Shown in pieces: positions 10,005-20,045 of a DNA stretch of 64,000 bases (positions are counted from its first letter, which is position 1; each line of letters opens with the position of its first letter). The stretch comes from Roseibacillus sp. GTDB taxonomy: Bacteria; Verrucomicrobiota; Verrucomicrobiia; Verrucomicrobiales; Akkermansiaceae. The DNA lies in contig CBDEUM010000022.1 in the NCBI GenBank assembly GCA_965242925.1, positions 224,001 to 288,000 on the forward strand. Reading direction: 5' to 3'. The notes under the pieces are model-generated. The model searched no databases. It had not been told where the DNA came from and saw nothing but the letters and a program-made list of their open reading frames with translations. The position numbers and the translations under genes were made by a program.

Positions 10005-10379
10005 TTAGATCACTTTCTTGGCACCCACCGTCTTCTTGCGGCCCTTCCGGGTGCGGGAGTTGGTCCGGGTGCGTTGACCGCGAACCGGAAGACCCCGCTT
10101 GTGTCGTTGTCCCCGGTAGCAGTTGATGGAAGAGAGGCGCTTGAGGGCAGATTGAATCTCCCGGCGGAGATCACCCTCGATCGCGATCTCCTGGCTCTGG
10201 ATTGCCTGCGCGATTTTCACCAACTGCTCTTCAGAGAGTTCCCCTGTCCGCACGTTGCAGTCCACTCCGGCCTGCTCCAGGATCTTCAGGGCTGTGGTTT
10301 GCCCGACTCCGTAGATGTAGCAGAGAGAAGCTTCGATGCGCTTCTCGTTGGGGATCTCGATTCCGAAAATACGTGCCAT
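10005..10379 (-). CDS. rpsM: 30S ribosomal protein S13
   Basis: MARIFGIEIPNEKR, YIYGVG, IEGDLRRE, CYRGQRH..GLPVRGQRTRTNSRTRKG. Confidence 0.97.
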   Translation of the reverse strand: MARIFGIEIPNEKRIEASLCYIYGVGQTTALKILEQAGVDCNVRTGELSEEQLVKIAQAIQSQEIAIEGDLRREIQSALKRLSSINCYRGQRHKRGLPVRGQRTRTNSRTRKGRKKTVGAKKVI

Positions 10380-10687
10380 ATAGTGTGGAGGCGTTGTGAA
10401 CGCGCCAAAGGGGCCTGACGCGAAAGGGGCCGAGCTATTTAGCAGAGCAGCCCTTGCTGGCAAGCGGAAATCCTCGATTTTAAAGGGGCCGAAGCCTCCA
10501 GCTCCCCTGCCGAGGCATTCTCCCGGCCTCCGCCCGCCTCCTCCGGCACCGGAAGGGCACCAATGCTCTCCCATCCCGGACGGTGCACTTCCCATGCGAT
10601 CCGAGCCGCTCCGGCCGGAATCCCCGCTAGACAAAACAACCGGGGCCGGTAGCGTCGTTTAACTGATACACACTATTCGTCAACCTC

Positions 10688-11785
10688 ATGGACTCCCGCC
10701 CTGCAGATTCGCCCGATCCCCTGGAACCCCCCGCCAGTGCCGAAGCTCCCGCCCCCGACAACCCCGCCCCCGACAACCCCGCTTCGGATACCCTGCCTCC
10801 TGACGATGTCGCTGCCATCAATGAGCTGGGAAAGCTCTACCAGTCTCTCAAAGACGAGCTGGGCAAAGTCATCATCGGCCAGAATGAGGTGGTCGAACAG
10901 CTAGCCATCTGCCTCTTCTCCCGTGGCCACGCCCTCCTCATGGGCGTCCCCGGCCTGGCCAAGACTCTCCTCATTTCCAGCGTGGGCGAGTGCATGCATC
11001 TCTCCTTCAGCCGCATTCAGTTCACTCCGGACCTGATGCCGGCCGATATCACGGGTACCGACATCATTCAGGAGAGTGCCGTCACCGGAAAACGCGAGTT
11101 CGAATACATCAAAGGCCCCGTCTTTGCCAACCTCCTCCTCGCTGACGAGATTAACCGGGCCCCGGCCAAGACACAGTCAGCTCTCCTTGAGGCCATGCAG
11201 GAAAACAAGGTCACCGTCCTGGGTCGCACCTACGACCTCGACAAGCCCTTCTTCGTTCTGGCTACCCAGAACCCCATCGAGCAGGAGGGAACTTATCCGC
11301 TCCCCGAGGCACAACTTGACCGCTTCATGTTCCTCATCGAAGTCGACTATCCTTCCGAGGATGAAGAGCGCCGCATCGCCCGGGAAACTACCGGGGTTGA
11401 TCGCGAACCTCTCAACGCTATCATCACCGGTGAACAGGTTCTCAATTTCCAGCGACTGGTACGCCGCATGCCCGTTCCCGATCACATCTACGACTACGCC
11501 GTCGAGATCGTACGCAAGACCCGCCCCGCCTCCGATGATGCCTCCGCCTGGATCAAGGAATACGTAGGATGGGGAGCAGGCCCCCGGGCGGTTCAGTATC
11601 TCGTGCTGGGAGCCAAGGGTCGGGCAGCCCTGCGCGGAAACTATATGGCCTCTCTAGAAGACATTGAGGCCGTGGCCATCCCCGTCCTCTCCCATCGCGT
11701 TATCACCAACTTCGCCGCTGAGTCGCAGGGCATGACTTCCAAGAAAGTCGTCGAGCGCCTGATGGAGGAAATGAGGGAAGATTAG
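10688..11785 (+). CDS. MoxR family AAA+ ATPase
   Basis: GVPGLAKT, RIQFTPDLMPADITG, LLADEINRAPAKTQSALLEAM, ATQNPIEQEGTYPLPEAQLDRF. Confidence 0.96.
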   Translation: MDSRPADSPDPLEPPASAEAPAPDNPAPDNPASDTLPPDDVAAINELGKLYQSLKDELGKVIIGQNEVVEQLAICLFSRGHALLMGVPGLAKTLLISSVGECMHLSFSRIQFTPDLMPADITGTDIIQESAVTGKREFEYIKGPVFANLLLADEINRAPAKTQSALLEAMQENKVTVLGRTYDLDKPFFVLATQNPIEQEGTYPLPEAQLDRFMFLIEVDYPSEDEERRIARETTGVDREPLNAIITGEQVLNFQRLVRRMPVPDHIYDYAVEIVRKTRPASDDASAWIKEYVGWGAGPRAVQYLVLGAKGRAALRGNYMASLEDIEAVAIPVLSHRVITNFAAESQGMTSKKVVERLMEEMRED

Positions 11786-11872
11786 GGGACGCGGAACCCG
11801 GATGGGGGAACTCAGAGTCCGGACAATCGACTCTACGATGAGTAATCACAATCTTGAGAACCTCGAGGGGTC

Positions 11873-12772
11873 GTGAAATACGATTTCCTCGATTCCGATG
11901 TCCTCGCCCGCCTCGGGGCCCTGCCGGTCGAGGCCCGCCTGGCCATGATCGGGAACGTAGTGGGCAAGCACCGCTCGCCCCATCGTGGGTCCTCGGTGGA
12001 ATTCGCCGAATACCGAAAATACGTGGCGGGAGACGACACGCGTCGACTCGACTGGAAGGCTTACGCCCGCAGCGACCGCCACTACATCAAGGAGTTCGAA
12101 GCTGACACCAACCTGCGCGCCTATTTCGTGGTCGATTGCAGTGGATCCATGAAATACGCCTCCGGCGAATTCGACTCCAAGATCCAATTTGCCCGGAAAT
12201 TCGCGGGCACCATGGCCTACCTTCTCGTCAACCAGGGAGATTCCGCCGGACTGTCCTGCTGCGACGACACCCTGCACCTTGAATTACCTCCCAGCAGGCG
12301 ACCGGCCCACCTGCAGAACTTCTTCGAAGTTCTCGGCGAACTGGAACCCAAGGGAGAAACCGGCCTTGTGGATGCCCTCCATACCGTGGCGGAGAAAGTC
12401 GGGCAGCGCGCCTTCATCTTTATCCTCTCGGACCTCTTCTGCGACCCTGACGCCTTAGGTGACGCTCTCCAGCACCTTCGCTACCGTAAGCACGACGTGG
12501 CGGTCTTCCACCTCATGGATCCGCAGGAGATCGACTTCGATTTCACCCGACCCTACCGTTTTGTCGACCTCGAGGACGACACCTCCATCGTCGTGGAGCC
12601 CAATCTCATCGCCAACGAGTACACCTCCGCCATCCAGGAATTCCTCGTCGCGGTGGAGGCCAGGTGCCACGACGTACACGCAGACTACAACCTGGTCACC
12701 TCGGACCAGAACTACGAGGAGATCCTCCGCGACTTCCTTACAAACCGCTTGCCAAAAAAGGGGAACCGATGA
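11873..12772 (+). CDS. DUF58 family protein
   Basis: GKHRSPHRGSSVEFAEYRKY..GDD.R.LDWK, DCSGSM; follows MoxR. Confidence 0.93.
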   Translation: MKYDFLDSDVLARLGALPVEARLAMIGNVVGKHRSPHRGSSVEFAEYRKYVAGDDTRRLDWKAYARSDRHYIKEFEADTNLRAYFVVDCSGSMKYASGEFDSKIQFARKFAGTMAYLLVNQGDSAGLSCCDDTLHLELPPSRRPAHLQNFFEVLGELEPKGETGLVDALHTVAEKVGQRAFIFILSDLFCDPDALGDALQHLRYRKHDVAVFHLMDPQEIDFDFTRPYRFVDLEDDTSIVVEPNLIANEYTSAIQEFLVAVEARCHDVHADYNLVTSDQNYEEILRDFLTNRLPKKGNR

Positions 12773-12866
12773 ACCCGGCAAGATGCAATCGATTCCCGGT
12801 GAGCAGACTGACGCGCTCCGTTAATCCCCGACGAAGATCTCTTCCGGACTGTTCGCCGAAAATAAG

Positions 12867-14858
12867 ATGACTTTCCTCCAACAGGCAATGCTCTGGGGAC
12901 TCTTCGCGGTCTCCATCCCCGTCATCATTCACCTGCTGAACCGTCGACGCTTTCGCACCGTGGAGTGGGGCGCAATGCAGTTCCTCCTCAAAGCCACCAA
13001 GGAATCGCGAGGCAAGAAACGCCTCAAGCACTTCCTCATCCTTCTCATGCGCTCCCTGGCCATCGCAACGCTGGTTTTCGCCATTGCCCGCCCCCTGGCA
13101 GGAGGCTTCTTCGGCTGGGGGGGAGGCAAGGTGGAAACCGTTATCCTGATCCTCGACCGCTCCGCCAGCATGGAACGTGCGGAAAAGGACATCCAGGTGA
13201 CCAAGCGTAAGAGCGTGCTCTCCCAGGTGGCCGGGGCCATGGGGGAACTGAACGGCGCCCGCCTCGTCCTCATCGACAGCGCCACCGGCAAGGCCCAGGA
13301 GGTCCCGTCCCCCGATGCCCTCCCGGAACTCTCCTTCACTGCAGCCACCGACTCGGCTTCGGACATCCCCGGTATGCTCGTAACCGCTCTCGATTACATC
13401 AAGGAAGCCAAACCGGGCCGTACGGAGATCTGGGTGGCCTCCGACCTGCAGAAGGAGAACTGGGCACCCGACGACAATCGCTGGGAGGCCTTCCGCGCCA
13501 CCCTGAGCGAAGAGGAGTTTCAGGCCAAGCTGCGTATCCTCGCTCTCAATGGCCGCGAACGCAATGATTTCGCCATCCGTGTGCTCTCCGCCCGCCGGGA
13601 AACCGGGGAACTGGTTCTTGATCTCGAACTGAACCGCGAGGAAGACACCGGACCAACTGCTGTCACGGTCAGTATCGATCACATGGGCGCCCGCTCCGGC
13701 AGCGAGGTTGCCTTCAACGGCCAGAGCCAGCGCTTCCAGAGACGTCTCCCCCTCGAAGGTGCAACGGGGGAGGGATATGGATGGGTCTCCATCGCCGACA
13801 ACGCCAACAAACGCAATAACCTCTCCTACTATGCCTACGGCAGGGAAGCGCCCATCCACTCCTACCTTGTGGTCGAAAACTCCACTGATGAGGAAACAGT
13901 TAAGTCCCTGACCAAGTCGCTCGCCCCCGGCTTTGCCAACCAGGAGGTGAGCGTCCGCAATCCCAACCTCGCCCACCAGATCAACTATGAGTCCGCTTCA
14001 CTCATCGTATGGAAGGCCCCCCTCCCTGGACCACCGGTCTCCAACCAGCTGTTCGACTACGTGAAAAAGGGCGGCGTGGCGCTCTTTCTACCGCCTGCCG
14101 ATGACTCGGAAACCTCTTTTGGCGGGCTTTCCTGGAACTCCATCACGGAAGCTCCCAAGGAAAAGTTCTTCATCGTCAACGACTGGGAACGTGGTGAGGG
14201 CGCCTTCCGTGACTCCCTTGACGGTTCCCCACTGCCCATGGACCGCATTCGTGCCATCAAGCGCCGGGGCATCCTCGGCGATTATACTACCCTGGCAAGC
14301 TGGATAGACAACGAGCCCCTCCTCGCCCGCCGCGTGATCGAGGCCGGCCAGATCCTCTTCCTCTCCACCCTGCCCAGCTACACCTGGTCAAACTTCGAAC
14401 AGACTGCACTCCATCTGGTGGCCCTCCAGCGCACTCTGGACGAAGGCAGCCGACGGCTCGGGGCGGGCTTCTTTGGCACCGCCGGCGAGGAGTCCTCCCA
14501 ACCGGTGGGAGACGAGATTCGCAGCCGCATCGATTCCCATGCGGATAGCGACCCAGGCGATACCACGTTCCAAGCCGGCGTCTATCGTCTCGGTGAACGC
14601 ACCGTAGCGGTAAACCGCCCCGCTACCGAGGATTCCCTCGAAGTGCTCACCAGCGTCGATCTGGAAACCGCCCTTGCCGACACGGGCTACAGCCTCCTTG
14701 AGGAACAGGACGCCTCCAGTGACAGCAGCCTGTCCCGTCCGATCTGGCGGGCCTTCCTCATCGCCATGCTCCTCTTCCTCATTCTGGAGGCTCTCCTCTG
14801 TCTCCAGCCCCGTCGCGTCGATTCCAAGACGGCCCCCTCACCCCTGCCAACCTCCTGA
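12867..14858 (+). CDS. BatA-domain/vWA membrane protein
   Basis: IPVIIHLLNRRR..WGAMQFL double-TM start, LDRSASM MIDAS-like motif, C-terminal TM helix. Confidence 0.85.
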   Translation: MTFLQQAMLWGLFAVSIPVIIHLLNRRRFRTVEWGAMQFLLKATKESRGKKRLKHFLILLMRSLAIATLVFAIARPLAGGFFGWGGGKVETVILILDRSASMERAEKDIQVTKRKSVLSQVAGAMGELNGARLVLIDSATGKAQEVPSPDALPELSFTAATDSASDIPGMLVTALDYIKEAKPGRTEIWVASDLQKENWAPDDNRWEAFRATLSEEEFQAKLRILALNGRERNDFAIRVLSARRETGELVLDLELNREEDTGPTAVTVSIDHMGARSGSEVAFNGQSQRFQRRLPLEGATGEGYGWVSIADNANKRNNLSYYAYGREAPIHSYLVVENSTDEETVKSLTKSLAPGFANQEVSVRNPNLAHQINYESASLIVWKAPLPGPPVSNQLFDYVKKGGVALFLPPADDSETSFGGLSWNSITEAPKEKFFIVNDWERGEGAFRDSLDGSPLPMDRIRAIKRRGILGDYTTLASWIDNEPLLARRVIEAGQILFLSTLPSYTWSNFEQTALHLVALQRTLDEGSRRLGAGFFGTAGEESSQPVGDEIRSRIDSHADSDPGDTTFQAGVYRLGERTVAVNRPATEDSLEVLTSVDLETALADTGYSLLEEQDASSDSSLSRPIWRAFLIAMLLFLILEALLCLQPRRVDSKTAPSPLPTS

Positions 14859-14859
14859 C

Positions 14860-17106
14860 GTGAGTTTCAACATCGGTAATTTTCACTTCAGCGCCCCCCT
14901 GCCCGTCGCCATCACGGGCATCGCGGCCTGGTGCCTTATCCTGATCCTCTGTGTGGTTGCCTGGCGGCGCAGTGTGCGCCCGGGTCGTACCGGTCTCCTG
15001 GAGCTCCTTCGCCTCCTCTGCGGAACCGCGGCAGTCTTCTTCCTTCTCAATCCCGAGTGGCGCAAGACCATTGAACCAGCCAAACAACCGGAGATCGTCA
15101 TCCTGCACGACGGATCAGGCTCCATGACAACCGCCGATGCTCAGCTCCCTGAAGAACTGAACGAACGCCGCGAGGTAGTCACCCGCAACGAAATGTCCGA
15201 CGCCATTCTTGAGACGGAGTTCTGGAAACTTCTCGAGAAAGACGGCAGGAATCGCGTTTCGGTGGAATCCTTCTCCAATGCCCCGGAAAGCGAGGACCCC
15301 GAAGTCACGTCCCTTGCCGTAACCGACATCTACTCCGCCCTTGCCGACCTGGTGGATACCCGCCCCGATCTTCGCGCCGTTATCATGATCGGCGATGGCG
15401 ACTGGAATGCCCGGGACAAGCCCGCTCCGGTCGCGGCCGCTCAGAAAATGCGCCTCAAGGACATCCCGCTCTTCTCGGTGGTCACCGGTGCTCCTGCCCG
15501 CCTGCCGGATCTCGACCTCCTCCCCGTTAAAGCCCCCACTTACGGTATCGTGGGTGAGAACGTGCAGATCCCGTTCACCATCGAGTCCTCCCTTGAGCGC
15601 GATGTCCGCACTATTGTCCGCATCCGTGACCAGACAGGCGTGGAGCGCACCAAGAATATCACCATCCCACGGGGAAGCACCTACTACGATGCCATCCTCT
15701 GGCGCCTGCAGAAGGAAGGCAGCTCCACCCTCGAACTCTCCATCCCCTTTGCCGACGGCGAACTGGTCGAGAAGAACAACCGCCGCAGGTTCAACATCGC
15801 AGGCCGTCCCGAATCGATCCGGGTCCTCGTCGTGGAGACCCTGCCACGGTGGGAATATCGCTTCATCCGCAACGCCCTCTCGCGGGATCCCGGCGTTGAT
15901 GTCGATTGCCTCCTCCTCCATCCGCAACTCGGGGAAGGCGACGGCCCCGACTATATCACCGCCTTCCCGGACAAACTGGAGGACCTGCAGAAATACGATG
16001 TCGTCTTCATCGGGGATGTCGGCATCGGAGACGGCATGCTCACCGGGGAGCAGGCCGAACTGTTGAAGGGCCTCGTCGAAAACCAGGCATCCGGCATTGT
16101 CTTCATTCCCGGTTGGCAGGGTCACCAGTTCAGCCTGCTTGATAACGAACTGGGCGGACTCCTCCCCGTTCTCCTCGACGAAGAAATGAAAACCGGCCAG
16201 GAGGAAGCCACCGATTCCCCTCTCTCGCTCACTACCGAAGGCCGTAGTTCGCTCCTCACCATGCTGGGCGACACCGAGGAGGAAAACCCCACCATCTGGC
16301 GGAGCCTGCCAGGCTTTTACTGGCATGCACCTGTCATCCGTGCCAAGAGCGGAACCGAGGTTCTTGCAGTCCATGCCAACCGCCGGCATCCCAAGTACGG
16401 ACACCGCGTCCCCCTCATTGTGACCAGCCGCGCCGGCAACGGGAAAGTCCTCTTCATGGGCATCGATTCCGCCTGGCGCTGGCGCCGCGGCGTGGAAGAC
16501 CTCTACCACTACCGCTTCTGGGGACAGGTTGCCCGCTGGATGTCCTACCAGCGCAATATGGCCGCGGGAGAGCGCGTCCGACTCTATTTCACTCCTGAGC
16601 GTCCCTCCCCCGGCGAAAACGTGACCCTCAACGCGAATGCCTTCCAGGAAAACGGCGCCCCCCTGCAGGATGGAACGGTTCTCGTTGACCTGACCGCTCC
16701 CGATGGAAGCGTACGCCGATTCGAACTGGCCAAGGAGGATGACTCATGGGGCACCTTCACCGGGCGCTTCAAAGTCACCATGCCCGGGGACTGGCAGATT
16801 ACCGCCCGGACATCCGAGAGCGAAAAGGGCGCGGTCCGGACCCGAATCATTGCAGAGGGAACCCAGATCGAAAAAACGGGCCACCCTGCCCGCCCGGATG
16901 TGCTGGCCGAGCTCTCCCGCGTTTCACGTGGCAAACTGGTCGAAGCCTCCCAACTCAAAGCCCTGGCTCAGGAAATCTACGACCTCCCGGAACCTCGACC
17001 CCAGATTATTCCCGAATCCCAGTGGGACAAGTGGTACATCGCCGCAGCCCTTGTCGGCCTGCTCTCCGTTTTCTGGATCGGAAGGAAGCTCAACGGCACC
17101 TTCTAA
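14860..17106 (+). CDS. Membrane protein with vWA-like and glutamine-amidotransferase-like domains (MoxR cluster)
   Basis: N-terminal TMs, HDGSGSM, PRWEYRFIRN, DSAWRWR..YRFWGQ; GTG start at 14860 just after the upstream stop. Confidence 0.8.
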   Translation: MSFNIGNFHFSAPLPVAITGIAAWCLILILCVVAWRRSVRPGRTGLLELLRLLCGTAAVFFLLNPEWRKTIEPAKQPEIVILHDGSGSMTTADAQLPEELNERREVVTRNEMSDAILETEFWKLLEKDGRNRVSVESFSNAPESEDPEVTSLAVTDIYSALADLVDTRPDLRAVIMIGDGDWNARDKPAPVAAAQKMRLKDIPLFSVVTGAPARLPDLDLLPVKAPTYGIVGENVQIPFTIESSLERDVRTIVRIRDQTGVERTKNITIPRGSTYYDAILWRLQKEGSSTLELSIPFADGELVEKNNRRRFNIAGRPESIRVLVVETLPRWEYRFIRNALSRDPGVDVDCLLLHPQLGEGDGPDYITAFPDKLEDLQKYDVVFIGDVGIGDGMLTGEQAELLKGLVENQASGIVFIPGWQGHQFSLLDNELGGLLPVLLDEEMKTGQEEATDSPLSLTTEGRSSLLTMLGDTEEENPTIWRSLPGFYWHAPVIRAKSGTEVLAVHANRRHPKYGHRVPLIVTSRAGNGKVLFMGIDSAWRWRRGVEDLYHYRFWGQVARWMSYQRNMAAGERVRLYFTPERPSPGENVTLNANAFQENGAPLQDGTVLVDLTAPDGSVRRFELAKEDDSWGTFTGRFKVTMPGDWQITARTSESEKGAVRTRIIAEGTQIEKTGHPARPDVLAELSRVSRGKLVEASQLKALAQEIYDLPEPRPQIIPESQWDKWYIAAALVGLLSVFWIGRKLNGTF

Positions 17107-17145
17107 CGCCCCCTTTCCCCGGCGTAGTCCGGCAGGGAAGCCGAA

Positions 17146-18090
17146 TCAAATCCCCGCCTTGCCCTGCTTGAAGAGCTCTCGCGCCTCTTCCAGATCACGC
17201 CGGATCTGCTTCTTCAACTCTTCCTGGTCCTTGAACTTCTTTTCTGATCGCAACCGCAACCCGAAATAAACCTCCACCCCGGCCTCGTAGAGATCGCCCT
17301 CGAAATCCAGAAGGTGCACCTCCAGGAGACGCCGTTCCCCGTTCACTGTGGGCCTCACCCCCAGGTTCGCCACCCCCCGGTGTGTTTCCCTCTCCTCTCC
17401 AATGGTGGCGGTGACCGCGTAGACCCCGTCAGGTGGCAACTGCTGGTTTCCCAGCATGATGTTGGCCGTGGGCGCGCCCAGTTTGCGACCCAACTGCTCG
17501 CCGCGCACCACCGTCCCCATCACAGTGTAAGATCGTCCAAGCATTCCCGAAGCCGCTCGCAGGTTTCCATCGCGCAACGCCCGGCGCAAACACGTACTGC
17601 TGATCCGCTCCCCCTTCAACATGACCGGCGGCACGGCAGTCACCTCTACCCCGTGGGGTTTGCCCAGTCCCCGCAGGAGATCCATCGTTCCCCGCCGCTC
17701 CCGTCCGAATTTCCAGTCCTCGCCTGCCACCACCTGCCGCAGGGCCGCCACCGAAAAAAGGTGTTCCCCAAATTCCTCCGCCGACTGGCGCGCCATTGTC
17801 TCGTCAAAGCGCAATACCAGCAGCACTTTCACCCCCAGGGATGCCAGGAGACGCTCCTTGTGTTCCAGCGACACCAGAATCCGCCGGGGAGCCCGCCCGG
17901 GGGCCAATATCTGGATGGGATGCGGTTCAAGGGTCAGCACTCCTGCCACGCCCCCGCTCCTGCCTGCCCCTTCCACTGCCGTTCCGATCACCGCCTGATG
18001 CCCCAGATGCAGGCCGTCAAACACTCCCATGGCGAGGTGCAGAGGTCCTTGAACCTCTTCCAATTCAGCAATGGTCGACAACCGTTTCAC
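17146..18090 (-). CDS. ribF: Bifunctional riboflavin kinase/FAD synthetase
   Basis: GVFDGLHLGH, ISST, GRKLGAPTAN, GVRPT, EVHLLDF. Confidence 0.96.
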   Translation of the reverse strand: MKRLSTIAELEEVQGPLHLAMGVFDGLHLGHQAVIGTAVEGAGRSGGVAGVLTLEPHPIQILAPGRAPRRILVSLEHKERLLASLGVKVLLVLRFDETMARQSAEEFGEHLFSVAALRQVVAGEDWKFGRERRGTMDLLRGLGKPHGVEVTAVPPVMLKGERISSTCLRRALRDGNLRAASGMLGRSYTVMGTVVRGEQLGRKLGAPTANIMLGNQQLPPDGVYAVTATIGEERETHRGVANLGVRPTVNGERRLLEVHLLDFEGDLYEAGVEVYFGLRLRSEKKFKDQEELKKQIRRDLEEARELFKQGKAGI

Positions 18091-18109
18091 TCTCCAACTG
18101 GAAACTCTT

Positions 18110-18835
18110 TCAAGCTCCCCGCATCAACGAAATCTCTGCCAGGCTCACCATTGAGTTGATCAACTCCTGGGCCTCCGTGTTCTTCAGGGTCTCCACCTTC
18201 ACCGCCCGATCGAGCGTAAACTCCCCCGACCGTGTGCGCCGCAGCGAAGAGAGATGGCCGCCACAACCCAGCGTGGATCCAATATCGTGCGCATAGCTCC
18301 GGACGTAGAATCCCTTTGAACAGTTCACCGTGAAGTCGATCTCGGGAATTGCGATCCGGGTAAGTTCATAGGCGGTCACGTAGACGGGCCGCGGATCCCG
18401 CTTCACTTCCTTCCCCTTGCGGGCGAGCTTGTAGAGAGGCACCCCATCCTTTTTGATCGCGGAGACCATGGGCGGGATCTGTTCGAATTTGCCCGAGTAT
18501 TGCTCGAATGCGGACCGAACATCGTCCTCGCTCACCCCCGTCACCTCCCGCTCCTCAATTACTTCCCCTTCCGCATCCTGTGTGCTGGTGGTCGACCCCA
18601 ACGTGACGGTGCCCACATACTCCTTGTCCTCGCTCATGAGAAGATCCTGAATCTTGGTCGCGCGACCCACCACCAGCATCAGGAGCCCTGTCGCCATCGG
18701 ATCCAGGGTCCCGCAATGGCCAATCTTCTTGATGCCCATGGATCGTCGCGCAATGGCAACCACGTCGTGGGAGGTCATCCCGGGATCCTTATCCACCAGG
18801 AGCACTCCACTTGGTACAATATTCGGTTCGTTCAT
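18110..18835 (-). CDS. truB: tRNA pseudouridine(55) synthase
   Basis: DKDPGMTSHD, GHCGTLDPMATG, PPMVSAIK, CSKGFYVRS; start at ATG 18835. Confidence 0.96.
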   Translation of the reverse strand: MNEPNIVPSGVLLVDKDPGMTSHDVVAIARRSMGIKKIGHCGTLDPMATGLLMLVVGRATKIQDLLMSEDKEYVGTVTLGSTTSTQDAEGEVIEEREVTGVSEDDVRSAFEQYSGKFEQIPPMVSAIKKDGVPLYKLARKGKEVKRDPRPVYVTAYELTRIAIPEIDFTVNCSKGFYVRSYAHDIGSTLGCGGHLSSLRRTRSGEFTLDRAVKVETLKNTEAQELINSMVSLAEISLMRGA

Positions 18836-19818
18836 TCGCTCAAAGGAGAGAGAGTTGCCTGCGCCACCCGCAGGAGCCGTGCGACCGCATCTTCCAGTGG
18901 CCCCTGCGTCCGCGCCCCAGCCGCCAGGGCATGGCCCCCGCCTCCAAACTGCGCACAAATGTCACACACGTTGACGGAGGAATCCTTGGAACGCAGCGAG
19001 AGCCGTACTTTCCCATCCGCCATCTCCTCCACAAAGGCGCAGACGAGAACCCCTCGGATCGCACGCAGGACGTCGATCAGCCCTTCACTGTCTCCTGCCT
19101 GCATTCCCACCTGTTCCTTTGTTTTGTGGGATAGTGTCCACCACGCAATCCTGCCATCGTCGGTTAACTGCGTGGTCTCAAGGAGCGCCCGCAGCAATTC
19201 CACTCTCCGATATGGATAATCGTGGTAAAGGCGTGCAGTCAGGGACGCGACATCAAGACCCCGACCCACCAGATCAGCCGCCATCCGGTGTGTGTGCACC
19301 GTCGTGTTGGAATACTGGAACGATCCCGTGTCAGTCGAGAGAGCAACATAGAGCGCATCACGCGCCACATCGGGCAGGGGCCACTCGAGCTCCCGGATAA
19401 GGCCGTAGAGAATCTCCCCCGTGGCGGCTGCACTGGAATCAATGAGCAAGTGGTCGCCATATTCTTCGTTCGAGATGTGGTGATCGATGTTAACCCAGAG
19501 CTTCCCCTCTCCCAGCACCTCAAGACACCCCGCGCCAAGGCGCTCCCGGTTTGCCGTGTCGAGCGCGATGACCACCTCGGTCTCTAGGGGTTCAGACGGA
19601 CGCTCGATCCCCTCCACGCCATTCAGAAAAAGCAGGTTATCCGGCACGCCATCCTCGTTGAGCGCACGGACCGATTTACCCAACGCTTCCAATACGGCCT
19701 TGAGCGCCACCTCTGACCCGATCGCATCACCATCGGGACGGGCATGACTCAGGAGCACGAAGTGCTCGTGTGTGGAGACAATCCTGAAAAGCCCGGATGC
19801 TGTGATCGGTTGACCCAT
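18832..19818 (-). CDS. nrnA: DHH/DHHA1 phosphoesterase (NrnA-like oligoribonuclease/pAp phosphatase)
   Basis: HARPDGDAIGS, NIDHH, TDTGSF, SLRS, GGGGHALAAG; conserved position before truB. Confidence 0.92.
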   Translation of the reverse strand: MGQPITASGLFRIVSTHEHFVLLSHARPDGDAIGSEVALKAVLEALGKSVRALNEDGVPDNLLFLNGVEGIERPSEPLETEVVIALDTANRERLGAGCLEVLGEGKLWVNIDHHISNEEYGDHLLIDSSAAATGEILYGLIRELEWPLPDVARDALYVALSTDTGSFQYSNTTVHTHRMAADLVGRGLDVASLTARLYHDYPYRRVELLRALLETTQLTDDGRIAWWTLSHKTKEQVGMQAGDSEGLIDVLRAIRGVLVCAFVEEMADGKVRLSLRSKDSSVNVCDICAQFGGGGHALAAGARTQGPLEDAVARLLRVAQATLSPLSE

Positions 19819-20045
19819 GGACGGTTGGAACGTTCAGCGGGAAGGGCGCGGATTGTCTACAACACCCGCAGGATCGCAAGCAAAAGTAGGGCTTTATGAA
19901 GGAGCCGCACCGGGGACCGGAAATCCGCGATTCCGGGCCTTCCTCTATCCCTTTCACCTGCCTGGTGTGCGACAACAGAAACCACCGTATCGTGAATCCG
20001 AAGTCCGGCGGACAAACGATGAGGATCAAGCCCTCAGGAGCCGGG

